Source of the DNA: Actinomycetota bacterium
Lineage (GTDB): Bacteria > Actinomycetota > Acidimicrobiia > Spongiisociales > UBA4744
NCBI GenBank assembly: GCA_013152275.1
Contig: JAADGS010000028.1
Coordinates: forward strand, 1 to 64,000
Length of the DNA stretch: 64,000 nt
Direction: 5' to 3'
Made by a program: the position numbers and the translations under genes. This document shows positions 1 to 8,921 of the stretch, one piece after another (position 1 is the first letter of the stretch; every line of letters begins with the position of its first letter). Under the pieces are notes generated by a model. That model saw only the letters and a list, made by a program, of their open reading frames with translations, was not told the DNA's origin and made no database searches.

Positions 1-2
1 TC

Positions 3-104
3 CGACACGACGCCGGATGGACCTACCAGCCCCTCCCCGACGGCGACCACCACTGGACCACCAAACTCGGCCACACCTACACCACCAGCGGTGCGCCGCC
101 CTGA
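3..104 (+). CDS. 3' end of a probable DUF222/HNH endonuclease-family protein (partial, runs off window)
   Basis: Manual translation RHDAGWTYQPLPDGDHHWTTKLGHTYTTSGAPP*. The GW...DG...WT..GHTY pattern is typical of actinobacterial DUF222-HNH C-termini. Confidence 0.65.
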   Translation, partial: RHDAGWTYQPLPDGDHHWTTKLGHTYTTSGAPP

Positions 105-167
105 CCGCCGTCACCCGCCCCAGGATCCCGATACTGTTCGAGGTAGGCTCCTCCTAAAAGGGACACG

Positions 168-998
168 ATGCACGATGTAGCCGGGAAAGTGGCGGTGATC
201 ACGGGTGCGGCTGGGGGCATCGGACTGGGCATGGCACGCGCTTTCGCCGACTCCGACATGCGGCTCGTGCTTGCCGACATCGACGTGAATCGGCTCATGG
301 ATGCCGTCGACGGACTCGAGAGCGCAGGGGCTGCCGTGCTTGGCGTACCGACCGATGTCACGGACCGGCCGTCGGTAGATGCCCTGGCGACCACTGCCAT
401 GGAACGATATGGAGCGGTCCACCTGCTGTGCAACAACGCAGGCGGGCCACTTCCGAAGTCTGTGATGGACGTGACGGCCGACGACTGGGAGCGCGTGCTG
501 AGCGTCAATCTGTTCGGTGTGATCAACGGGATCCATGCGTTCTTGCCGATCATGGAAGCTCAGGGCGAAGGACACATCAATGCCACGTCCTCGCTGAGCG
601 GCCTCGTCGCGTTTCCCCCGGTAGTGACGTACAACGTTGCCAAGTCGGGCGTCATCGCCGTGATGGAGACCCTCGCACGCGAGCTACGTGAGGCCGGTTC
701 GCCGATCGGAGTGTCGGTATCGTGTCCCGCTTCGGTGGCGACACACATCGTGGAGAACATGATGAGCAACGCCCGCAGGACCGGGTACGAACCATCGCTC
801 GACGAACTGACGGCAGCCGAACAGGCACAGGCCGGGCTGCTCGGAGGAGGCATGGATCCCGACGAGGTCGGTCGCATCGTGCTGGACGGCGTACGGCAGG
901 GGCGCTTCTGGATCTTCAGTCACCCCGAACTCATCGACGGCCCTATTCGCAAGAGGTTCGAGGCGATGGTCGCCGACGGGAGTCTTCCGGACTTCTAG
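168..998 (+). CDS. SDR family NAD(P)-dependent oxidoreductase
   Basis: TGAAGGIG, NNAG and YxxxK (YNVAK) motifs. Confidence 0.92.
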   Translation: MHDVAGKVAVITGAAGGIGLGMARAFADSDMRLVLADIDVNRLMDAVDGLESAGAAVLGVPTDVTDRPSVDALATTAMERYGAVHLLCNNAGGPLPKSVMDVTADDWERVLSVNLFGVINGIHAFLPIMEAQGEGHINATSSLSGLVAFPPVVTYNVAKSGVIAVMETLARELREAGSPIGVSVSCPASVATHIVENMMSNARRTGYEPSLDELTAAEQAQAGLLGGGMDPDEVGRIVLDGVRQGRFWIFSHPELIDGPIRKRFEAMVADGSLPDF

Positions 999-1309
999 GC
1001 TCCTCCCTCGATCACGCTGCCGGGCGAACGCGATCTTCTTGGCGGCGTACCGATCCCCACCCTTGCCCGAGCGATATGCAGACCCATGGCCATGTTCTCG
1101 TTGTCCATCGCCGCATCGATGGGAATCTCCGGCGACGACCCGATACCACCGACCCACCGTGACGATGGCCGGTCACCGCTCCTTGTCGACCGGCAGGTGT
1201 TCCGTCCGACATCTCCACCACGCCAATCACTCGTAACACACCACTATCTTGCCTTGTTGAGCTTGGGCCCGGTCACCGAGGTCGAAACTGTCCAGCTGAC
1301 TGCGACACG

Positions 1310-1381
1310 GCACATAGGTGCATAATCAATGCACATATGTGCATGCACCCGTTGACGCGCCCGTGAGTACAGGCATACAGT
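1310..1381 (+). promoter_or_regulatory. Tandem palindromic operator and sigma70-type promoter of the PTS operon
   Basis: Perfect 16-bp palindrome ATGCACATATGTGCAT (1329-1344) and near-copy GCACATAGGTGCAT (1310-1323), 21 bp apart. TTGACG (1352-1357), N18, TACAGT (1376-1381). Confidence 0.7.
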
Positions 1382-1431
1382 CTCTGCAAGTGATCTACTC
1401 ACGCTGACTGCGGGTATCTGGGAGGGTATTC

Positions 1432-2409
1432 ATGCCTGCGAGCGAGGAACGGCTCGAGTTGTTGGGCCAGATTGTCGTCTGGTATTACGAAGAGAATCTC
1501 GACCAGCGCGAGATCGCTCTTCGCATCGGAAAGTCGCGGTCGATGGTCTCCCGTCTGTTGCATGAGGCCCGGGATGCCGGATTGGTTCAAATCCGGGTCA
1601 AGTTCCCGTTGCGCTCATGTCCAGATCTGGAAGAGCGACTCGTGGAACGTTTCGGGTTGATGGAAGCTCGAGTACTCGATAACCGTGGTCTTGTGTACGA
1701 AACACTTCTCGCTCGCGTAGGCCGTCTGGCCGCACGGTCTCTGCAAGGTCATCTCCACTCCGACATGCGTATTTCCGTCGGTTGGGGAGCCTCCCTTTTC
1801 CATGTCGTGAGAGCGATGCCGGAGATACAACTTCGGGGAGTCTCGGCCGTGCAGATGATGGGCTCTATCGGCCAAGGCGACCCGGCCATCGACGGTTCCG
1901 GCATCGTCAGGCTGCTTGCCGAGAAGCTGAATGGTGACTATCACTTCCTGGCGACTCCTCTTCTCGTGGACCAGGAGGAAACCGCCCAATCACTCCTCTC
2001 TCAGCGGGCGATCAGCCACACATTGGACCTTGCCCGAAGAAGTGACGTGGCCATCACGGGTATCGGATCAGTCGGTCAGATTCCGGGTATTGTCCGTGCC
2101 GGATACTTCGACCAGGCGACGATCACCGAGCTGCAAGAACGCGGCATCGTGGGAGATCTGTTGGGGTTCTTGTTCGATGATCAGGGACGCCCTGCCGATC
2201 TGCCTCAGAACCGGCGAGTCGTGGCCATGCCGCTGGAAGACCTCACGTCCATACCGTTTGTCATGGGGGTCGCTGCCGGGAAAGGGAAGGCGACTGCGAT
2301 CCTCGCGGTACTCAGAGGGGGGTATCTCAACGGCCTCGTTACCGATTCCACCGCTGCCGAGGCGATCCTCCATATCGACGCAAACAAGAGTGTCAGCGAG
2401 GTGGCTTGA
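1432..2409 (+). CDS. SorC/DeoR-type sugar-binding transcriptional regulator
   Basis: N-terminal HTH (YYEENLDQREIA...SRSMVSRLL), GWGASL, and C-terminal sugar-binding domain (VAAGKGKA...LVTD). Confidence 0.92.
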   Translation: MPASEERLELLGQIVVWYYEENLDQREIALRIGKSRSMVSRLLHEARDAGLVQIRVKFPLRSCPDLEERLVERFGLMEARVLDNRGLVYETLLARVGRLAARSLQGHLHSDMRISVGWGASLFHVVRAMPEIQLRGVSAVQMMGSIGQGDPAIDGSGIVRLLAEKLNGDYHFLATPLLVDQEETAQSLLSQRAISHTLDLARRSDVAITGIGSVGQIPGIVRAGYFDQATITELQERGIVGDLLGFLFDDQGRPADLPQNRRVVAMPLEDLTSIPFVMGVAAGKGKATAILAVLRGGYLNGLVTDSTAAEAILHIDANKSVSEVA

Positions 2410-2846
2410 TGTTCGAATCCAAGACGATCGCCCTACTCGTCGTTCTCGTGGTTGCCTGGCTCATCCAGCTCGGTCTCTCCACTTGGCAAATGCATCGATT
2501 CCATTCACGTGCACTGTCTCTACGCCGCCTCGGAAGCGCCATGTCCATCGGCATGGCAGGCTCGAATTGGAAACGCAAGACCTATGTCGTCGTGGTCATC
2601 GATCAGTCCGACGTAGTCATTGCTTCAGAACGCCTCGCCGGTTTCACCATCTTCGCCGGTTTGAAGCCCGTTTCAAACGTCATCGGCCTCCGGCTCGATG
2701 ATCTTGGCATCGGAACTCCCCCTGCCGGAGTGAGCGAAAAGACCTGGAGAGCATTCGAACAGGCGGCCGGCTTTCTGCAGAGGGCAAGAGACAAGCGCTC
2801 CAGATCGATGGAATCGAGGGTGGACGGATCCGAGGAGGATGGCTGA
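2409..2846 (+). CDS. gutM: GutM/SrlM-family glucitol operon activator-like protein
   Basis: N-terminal hydrophobic helix ending WLIQLGLSTWQM, LAGFTIFA motif; lies before PTS glucitol genes; ATG overlaps the upstream stop. Confidence 0.75.
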   Translation: MFESKTIALLVVLVVAWLIQLGLSTWQMHRFHSRALSLRRLGSAMSIGMAGSNWKRKTYVVVVIDQSDVVIASERLAGFTIFAGLKPVSNVIGLRLDDLGIGTPPAGVSEKTWRAFEQAAGFLQRARDKRSRSMESRVDGSEEDG

Positions 2847-2925
2847 ATGACATAGCGCGCACGTGAGACCGGTTATCGCAGCGGACCGAAAGTAAACAGA
2901 CGCTGTCAGTCTGAGAGGAGAGACA

Positions 2926-3471
2926 ATGCAATTACTAGCAAGTTGGGCTGAAGCTTTCATCGGTGTCTTCAAGCAAGGTGCCGATGTCTTCTCCGGTCTG
3001 CTGGTCGGAATCGTCCCACTGCTCATCGTGCTGCTTACCGGCGTGAACGCGTTGATTGCGCTCATCGGGCCGGAACGCGTGAACAAGTTCGGTGAATGGG
3101 CAGCTCGCGAGGGGATCATCTACTACCCGATCAGGTATGTGGTCTGGCCCGTGCTCTCGGTGTTCTTCCTTACGAACCCGATGGCATACACCAACGGCCA
3201 GTTCCTCCCGGAGAAGTACAAGCCGGCGTTCTATGACGCTGCGGTGTCGTATGTGCATCCCCCGCTGGGGATCTTCCCGCACATCAACCCGGGAGAGCTC
3301 TTCGTTTGGCTCGGCATTGCGACCGGCATCGAGGCCCTTGGGTTGAATGTCACGGACCTTGCCGTCCGCTACTTGCTCACCGGACTCCTGGTCATTCAGA
3401 TCCGGGGAATCGTAACCGAGCGGATCACTGCCTTCCTGTGGAAGCGCAGCGGCCTGATCCCAGCCGCCTGA
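2926..3471 (+). CDS. srlA: PTS glucitol/sorbitol-family IIC component
   Basis: [18 protein letters not shown] and [16 protein letters not shown] motifs; strong RBS. Confidence 0.92.
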   Translation: MQLLASWAEAFIGVFKQGADVFSGLLVGIVPLLIVLLTGVNALIALIGPERVNKFGEWAAREGIIYYPIRYVVWPVLSVFFLTNPMAYTNGQFLPEKYKPAFYDAAVSYVHPPLGIFPHINPGELFVWLGIATGIEALGLNVTDLAVRYLLTGLLVIQIRGIVTERITAFLWKRSGLIPAA

Positions 3472-3487
3472 TCGAGGAGGATTGAAT

Positions 3488-4018
3488 ATGCAAGATTTCT
3501 TGACTCGACTTGGCAAGGGAACCGGCTTGGTGGTCGGAGCCCTGTTTCAGGCAGGACGTGATGCCGTAGACATCGTGTTGAAGACCGTGATTCCGTTCAT
3601 GGCATTCATCGCCTTCGTCATCGGCATCATCCTCGCAACAGGCGTCGGAGACTGGCTGGCCAACGGCCTCAAAGGCTTGGCCAGCAACGTGATTGGACTC
3701 CTCATCCTTTCGGTGATCATCGGTTTTCCGCTGCTTTCACCGCTGCTGGGACCTGGAGCAGTCATAGCGCAGATCATCGGTACACTTATCGGTGTTGAGA
3801 TCGGCCGAGGGAACATCTCGCCAACCATGGCGCTGACGGCCTTGTGGGCCATCAATCCCCAGGTTGGGTGTGACTTCATCCCGGTGGGTCTCGCGCTCGG
3901 AGAAGCAGAACCAGAGACGGTAGAGATCGGGGTACCGGCAGTGCTGTTCTCCCGGATGATCACGGGCCCGATAGCCGTGGTGATCGGGTGGGCAGCCAGT
4001 ATCGGAATGTACGCCTGA
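3488..4018 (+). CDS. srlE: PTS glucitol-family IIBC, C-terminal membrane domain encoded as a separate gene
   Basis: [16 protein letters not shown] and [32 protein letters not shown] motifs; RBS GAGGAGG. Confidence 0.88.
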   Translation: MQDFLTRLGKGTGLVVGALFQAGRDAVDIVLKTVIPFMAFIAFVIGIILATGVGDWLANGLKGLASNVIGLLILSVIIGFPLLSPLLGPGAVIAQIIGTLIGVEIGRGNISPTMALTALWAINPQVGCDFIPVGLALGEAEPETVEIGVPAVLFSRMITGPIAVVIGWAASIGMYA

Positions 4019-4041
4019 TCGAGAGAGGAGGCGTTGTCCGA

Positions 4042-4590
4042 ATGGGTTTTCTGAAACGGCTCAAGAAGTCCCCCAAAGAAGCTGCTGAAACAACGGAGGA
4101 TGCGACTCGACCCGAGGCCGAAGAGATACCGGCCGCGGACGCAGAGTCCGCTCCAGACGAGGCCGGCGAGACCGTCGAGGTCTCCGCCGAGCCTGCGCAG
4201 CCTTCGCCTCCTCCCGGAGGGTATCGGAAGGTGCACGTCGGACGCGGTATGAAAGGATGGGGCACAGGACTGGTCATCCAGCCCGAGCCGGGAAGGGATC
4301 TGATCTACTCCGTGACCGGAGGAGGAATCCACCCAGTCGCGCAGCGCATCGCAGACCTCACCGGCGGGAGACCATTCGACGGCTTCAAGTCGAAAGCGGG
4401 CTTCAACGAGATTGCAGTCGCTGTCATCGACTGCGGTGGAACGGCTCGCATCGGTGTCTACCCCATGAAAGGTGTGCTGACCGTCGACGTGCACGGGGCG
4501 AGTCCCTCGGGTCCGTTGGCGCGGTTCATCACCGAGGAGAACTTCGTCTCGGGGGTTTCTGTCGATGACATCTCCTTGATCGAGGACTGA
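4042..4590 (+). CDS. srlE: PTS glucitol-family IIB (SrlE N-terminal domain) with acidic/Pro-rich leader
   Basis: GWG, VTGGGIHPVAQRIA, DGFK, DCGGTARIGVYP (phosphorylatable Cys), PSGPLARFITE..VSGV; own RBS (GAGGAGG). Confidence 0.88.
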   Translation: MGFLKRLKKSPKEAAETTEDATRPEAEEIPAADAESAPDEAGETVEVSAEPAQPSPPPGGYRKVHVGRGMKGWGTGLVIQPEPGRDLIYSVTGGGIHPVAQRIADLTGGRPFDGFKSKAGFNEIAVAVIDCGGTARIGVYPMKGVLTVDVHGASPSGPLARFITEENFVSGVSVDDISLIED

Positions 4591-4604
4591 GGAACGTCCG
4601 ACAC

Positions 4605-4635
4605 GATGGGATCCGGTCGACCACCGGATCCCATC
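4605..4635 (+). other. Intra-operon stem-loop (13-bp perfect stem)
   Basis: GATGGGATCCGGT-CGACC-ACCGGATCCCATC between the IIB and IIA genes. Confidence 0.6.
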
Positions 4636-4682
4636 CCACTCTCGATGGGCCTGGCCTACGGCCGGGTTGGGTGACTAATGCC

Positions 4683-5057
4683 ATGACCACCGTCAAATAC
4701 GAAGCCGCCGTGATCAGCGTAGGGGAAATGGCTGACGCGTTCGCCGCAGAAGGCATCCTGGTGTTCTTCGGCGAAGAGGCGCCTGAAGAACTCCACGAGT
4801 TCGCCATTCTCATCGATCACGACACGCTGCATGCCCCGGTCGAGGCCGGTGACATCCTCCAGATTGGCACAGAGCCGTACCCGGTGCTCTGTGTGGGAGA
4901 CGTCGCAAACGAGAACCTGGCCGCCCTGGGACATCTCGTCGTCAAGTTCAACGGGCGCACCGAGCCCGAACTCCCCGGAGACGTGAGCGTCCCCGAAGTT
5001 CCGGCACCGAACGTAACGCCAGGCACCGTTGTGCGAATTCTCAAAGGAGAGCATTGA
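4683..5057 (+). CDS. srlB: PTS glucitol/sorbitol-family IIA component
   Basis: FGEEAPEEL, VGDVANENLAALGH (phospho-His) and ELPG motifs. Confidence 0.9.
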   Translation: MTTVKYEAAVISVGEMADAFAAEGILVFFGEEAPEELHEFAILIDHDTLHAPVEAGDILQIGTEPYPVLCVGDVANENLAALGHLVVKFNGRTEPELPGDVSVPEVPAPNVTPGTVVRILKGEH

Positions 5058-6346
5058 TGCTGTTACCGCTACTGAAGTCGCGCGACGAGCGCGGGGAGAT
5101 CGTGCGCATCGGTCTTGCAGGCGCCGGCCAGATGGGTGAAGGCCTGGTCAGTCAGATGGAGACCATCTACGGCATGCGTGTGGTCGTCGTGGCCGACGTC
5201 GTACCCGGCCGTGCCACGGAAGTCTTCCTTTCCGCCGGTGTGGACGGAGCAGACATCATCGAGACCGAGGATCCCGACAAGGCTGCAGATGCCGTGCGTG
5301 CCGGCAAGCGTGTTGCCACCACCAGAACCCACCTCGCCGCAACGACCGAGCCGCTGGATGTGGTCGTCGAAGCGACAGGAATCCCAGATGTCGGCGCCCG
5401 TGTCGCCTATCACGCGATTCTGGCGGGCAAGCACGTCATGCAGATGAATGTCGAGACCGATGCCACCGTCGGCTACATTCTTCGCAAGATGGCCAATGCT
5501 GCCGGCATCGTCTACACGCTGACCGGAGGTGATGAGCCGGGCGCCACGATGGAGCTCTACGACTTCGCCACCAGTCTCGGATTCAAGGTCGTCGCCGCCG
5601 GCAAAGGAAAGAACAATCCGCTCGACCGCACGGCGAACCCCGATTCCATGGCCGAGACGGCACGGGACCGCAAGATGAATCCGAAGATGCTCGCCTCCTT
5701 CGTCGACGGCACCAAGACGATGGTGGAGATGACATCGCTGGCCAACGGCATCCAATTCATACCCGACGTACGGGGAATGCACGGACCCCATGTGACACAA
5801 GACACGCTGGCCCAAACGTACGTTCCTCGAGAGGCCGGAGGCATCGAGTCACACGAAGGGGTGGTCGACTTCGGCCTGGGGATCGCCCCCGGCGTGTTCG
5901 TGACATTCACGACGGACCATCCAAAACTGATACGTGATCTTCAATACCTGTCGATGGGTCCTGGACCGTACTGGGCGCTCTATCGCCCATACCATCTGAC
6001 GAGCCTGGAGACACCCGTGTGGATCGCCCGAGCTGCAATCATGGGCGAAACGACTCTCGCTACCGATGCTCCTCCAACGGCCGAGGCCATCACGGTGGCC
6101 AAGAGGCCTCTGGAAGCCGGTGAAACCATCGATGGTCTCGGCGGCTTCACCGTCTACGGACTGATAGAACGCGCCGATACCGCACGCCGGCAGCACCTTC
6201 TCCCTCTGGGTTTGGCACCGGGATCGAAAGTTCTGCGAGATATCGAAATGGGCGAAACCCTCACCTATGACGATGTCGCGCTGGACGAGTCGCTCACCGT
6301 CGTCAACCTGAGAAGGCTCCAGGATCTCGAAACGGCCGAGCACTGA
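5057..6346 (+). CDS. Homoserine-dehydrogenase-like NAD(P) oxidoreductase with C-terminal SAF domain (DXR-II/DRL family)
   Basis: GAGQMG, MNVETD, GDEPG, AGKGKNNPL, SFVDGTKTMVEM, GMHGP, LYRPYHL and SAF-type C-terminus (AKRPLEAGETIDGLGG). Confidence 0.85.
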   Translation: MLLPLLKSRDERGEIVRIGLAGAGQMGEGLVSQMETIYGMRVVVVADVVPGRATEVFLSAGVDGADIIETEDPDKAADAVRAGKRVATTRTHLAATTEPLDVVVEATGIPDVGARVAYHAILAGKHVMQMNVETDATVGYILRKMANAAGIVYTLTGGDEPGATMELYDFATSLGFKVVAAGKGKNNPLDRTANPDSMAETARDRKMNPKMLASFVDGTKTMVEMTSLANGIQFIPDVRGMHGPHVTQDTLAQTYVPREAGGIESHEGVVDFGLGIAPGVFVTFTTDHPKLIRDLQYLSMGPGPYWALYRPYHLTSLETPVWIARAAIMGETTLATDAPPTAEAITVAKRPLEAGETIDGLGGFTVYGLIERADTARRQHLLPLGLAPGSKVLRDIEMGETLTYDDVALDESLTVVNLRRLQDLETAEH

Positions 6347-6351
6347 AGCCC

Positions 6352-6942
6352 ATGGGAGGGCTACTCCGGCGAATCATGCGCCGCTCGGTCGATCGCGCCG
6401 TCCAGATGCAACCGCGGCGCGTCGATCGTATCCGTAACGACCTCCTCTACGCCGCCCCCTCGGAACGTGACCTGGTCGCGGAGATTCGTCGCGCCGGTGA
6501 ACGTCTCCTGGCAGCCGGATTGGCTCCCCCGACGCTGGGAGCGCTCGCCGTCCGTCGATCCGCCAAGTCGGCCACGCGAACCGCGGTTGGTACCGACCTT
6601 GGCTGCATCGACAATCGAGCACTGGACACGGTTCCGATCAATGATTCTGAGCCGCTGGTGACTGCCCTTGCATCCCACGAGGCGGCAGCATGGGGAGTGC
6701 CGCCCATGTTGCTGACCCTCGCCGAGAGTGGTCGTGTGCCGGACGCTGTCGTGGATTCCATGAGCGAAGCTGCAGGTTCCATCCGATTGGGTGTGGCGAC
6801 AGGACCCTTTCCAGAAGGTGTCACCGTGATCCGAGGGATTGGCGTAGTGGCCGCCGGGCGCGATCTGGACGATGCGGTCACACGGCTCGAAGCCGCCGAG
6901 ATTCTGGCCACGATCACCGTGCATATGACCGACAGGAGTTGA
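6352..6942 (+). CDS. Class II aldolase/adducin-fold protein, degenerate
   Basis: LVAEIRRAGERLLAAGL...GALAVR and GVVAAGRDLDDAVTRLEAAE patterns, but the metal-binding His residues are missing. Confidence 0.55.
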   Translation: MGGLLRRIMRRSVDRAVQMQPRRVDRIRNDLLYAAPSERDLVAEIRRAGERLLAAGLAPPTLGALAVRRSAKSATRTAVGTDLGCIDNRALDTVPINDSEPLVTALASHEAAAWGVPPMLLTLAESGRVPDAVVDSMSEAAGSIRLGVATGPFPEGVTVIRGIGVVAAGRDLDDAVTRLEAAEILATITVHMTDRS

Positions 6943-6946
6943 ACAG

Positions 6947-7219
6947 ATGGTTGAGACGACGGTCACCGTGAGACATGAAGTCGGACTGCACGCACGTCCG
7001 GCTGCGATATTTGTCAAGACCGCCCAAGGATTCGACAGCTCCATCACGCTCACGAATCTCACTCGTGGGAGTGACCCGGTTGATGCAAAGAGCATCATCG
7101 CCGTGTTCAAGATCGCGATAGCGAAGGACCATGAGGTTCGCATCCAGGCGGACGGACCCGACGAAGAGGCGGCTCTGCAATCACTCAAAGGACTCATCGA
7201 AAGTAACTTCGGAGAATGA
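6947..7219 (+). CDS. ptsH: Phosphocarrier protein HPr
   Basis: GLHARPA (His15) and DAKSI (Ser46 equivalent). Confidence 0.95.
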   Translation: MVETTVTVRHEVGLHARPAAIFVKTAQGFDSSITLTNLTRGSDPVDAKSIIAVFKIAIAKDHEVRIQADGPDEEAALQSLKGLIESNFGE

Positions 7220-8913
7220 ACCGCATCATGCACGGTGTCCCGGCGGCCGGTGGTATCGCCATCGGACCGGCGTTCGTATATCGACCGGAGATGCCCGAGA
7301 TTCCAGAAGGCCCCGTCGACGACATCCCCGCAGAGCAGGCGCGTCTGCTCGCCGCAATCGCAGCCGTCGATCGGCGCCTCGGTGAGCTCGAGGCAATCAC
7401 CGCCGGCCAGGCCGGAGACACTGCCGCCGAGATATTCGAGGTGCATCGAATGTTCTTGGCAGACCCGGCGATCTCTGCCAAGGCGGCCGACATGATCGCC
7501 ACCGAGGCGGCCACCGCCGAGGCTGCAGTGGTCGCGGTCACGGGAGCACTTGCCGACGAGTTCGCCTCCATCGGTGACGACTACTTTGCCCAGCGGGCGA
7601 TCGACGTGCGAGACATCGGACAGCAACTCGTGCGCGAGCTGATGGGGCTGGGCGCCGGAGGATTGTCGGAAGTCACCGTGCCGTCGGTTGTCATCGCCGA
7701 CGATCTGACACCGTCGGACACCATGTCACTTCCGGAGGGAACGGCGTTGGCTTTCTGCACCAAGGAAGGGAGCGCCACCTCCCATGCGGCGATTCTGGCC
7801 CGGTCGATGGGGATCCCGGCGATCGTCGGGCTCACGAACCTCGACGTTTCCACCGGTACGACGGTCGGGGTGGATGGTGATGCCGGTCTTCTCTACATCG
7901 ACCCCGACCCGGAACAACTCGCCGCTCTGCGCAAGAAGCGTGGACAACAAGTCCGACTCCTCACGGTCGCTGCCGAACGCGCCTCAGAACCGGCGGTCAC
8001 CACGGATGGGCATCGCCAGGAGGTCGTGGCCAATATCGGTAGCGTCACAGACGCCGAACGCGCCGAGCGGTCGGGAGCCGAGGGTGTGGGGCTGCTTCGA
8101 ACAGAGTTCCTGTTCCTCGATCGGGGAACCCTCCCCACCGAAGATGAGCAATACGAGGCCTATCGGTCGATTCTCGAGATCTTTGGCGACCGTCCCGTCG
8201 TGGTGAGGACTCTCGACGTGGGCGGCGACAAGCAGGTGCCCGGCATCGATCTCGAGAACGAGCTGAACCCGTTTCTCGGCAGACGCGGGATCCGCCTGAC
8301 CCTGGCAGAGCCCGACCTCTTCCAGACACAACTTCGAGCCCTCCTGCGCGCCGGAGTCCACGGCAATCTCAAGATCATGTTCCCGATGGTGGCCACCCTG
8401 GCCGAAGTCGAAGCGGCACGAGCAGCAGTCGACACGGCAGCGGCCACGCTCGACGGCCGCGGTGCGGAGCGGACGGCCTCCTTCGAAGTCGGAATCATGA
8501 TCGAAGTACCTTCGGCGGCACTCATCGCCGGTGCACTTGCACCACGGCTGGATTTCTTCTCGATCGGAACGAATGATCTGACCCAATACACATTGGCGGT
8601 CGATCGGACGAACCCAACGGTCGCGACCATCGGCGACCCGCTCCATCCCGCAGTTCTGCGCCTGATCCAGATGGTCGTCGAAGCCGCCCACACGCACGGA
8701 AAGTGGGTTGGAATGTGTGGAGAGATGGCAGGAGATCCCCTGGCGGTCCCGGTACTGCTGGGTCTCGGCATCGACGAGTGGTCCATGAACCCACCATCGA
8801 TCAGCATCGTGAAGGATCGCATCAGGTCATGGTCCACGGACGCTGCCAGAAAGGTCGCCGACCGCTGCCTTCGGGCATCCTCGACCGCAGAGGTGAGAGA
8901 CATCTTGACCTGA
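7216..8913 (+). CDS. ptsI: PEP-protein phosphotransferase (Enzyme I)
   Basis: TSHAAILARS, GVGLLRTEFLF, RTLDVGGDK, SIGTNDLTQY and GMCGE motifs. Confidence 0.96.
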   Translation: MNRIMHGVPAAGGIAIGPAFVYRPEMPEIPEGPVDDIPAEQARLLAAIAAVDRRLGELEAITAGQAGDTAAEIFEVHRMFLADPAISAKAADMIATEAATAEAAVVAVTGALADEFASIGDDYFAQRAIDVRDIGQQLVRELMGLGAGGLSEVTVPSVVIADDLTPSDTMSLPEGTALAFCTKEGSATSHAAILARSMGIPAIVGLTNLDVSTGTTVGVDGDAGLLYIDPDPEQLAALRKKRGQQVRLLTVAAERASEPAVTTDGHRQEVVANIGSVTDAERAERSGAEGVGLLRTEFLFLDRGTLPTEDEQYEAYRSILEIFGDRPVVVRTLDVGGDKQVPGIDLENELNPFLGRRGIRLTLAEPDLFQTQLRALLRAGVHGNLKIMFPMVATLAEVEAARAAVDTAAATLDGRGAERTASFEVGIMIEVPSAALIAGALAPRLDFFSIGTNDLTQYTLAVDRTNPTVATIGDPLHPAVLRLIQMVVEAAHTHGKWVGMCGEMAGDPLAVPVLLGLGIDEWSMNPPSISIVKDRIRSWSTDAARKVADRCLRASSTAEVRDILT

Positions 8914-8921
8914 CTGAAGGA

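Noticed and set aside
1432..8913. Ordinary sorbitol utilisation operon
   Set aside because: No srlD-like SDR inside the operon. The SDR at 168-998 lies before the promoter and does not resemble SrlD. Not fully excluded.
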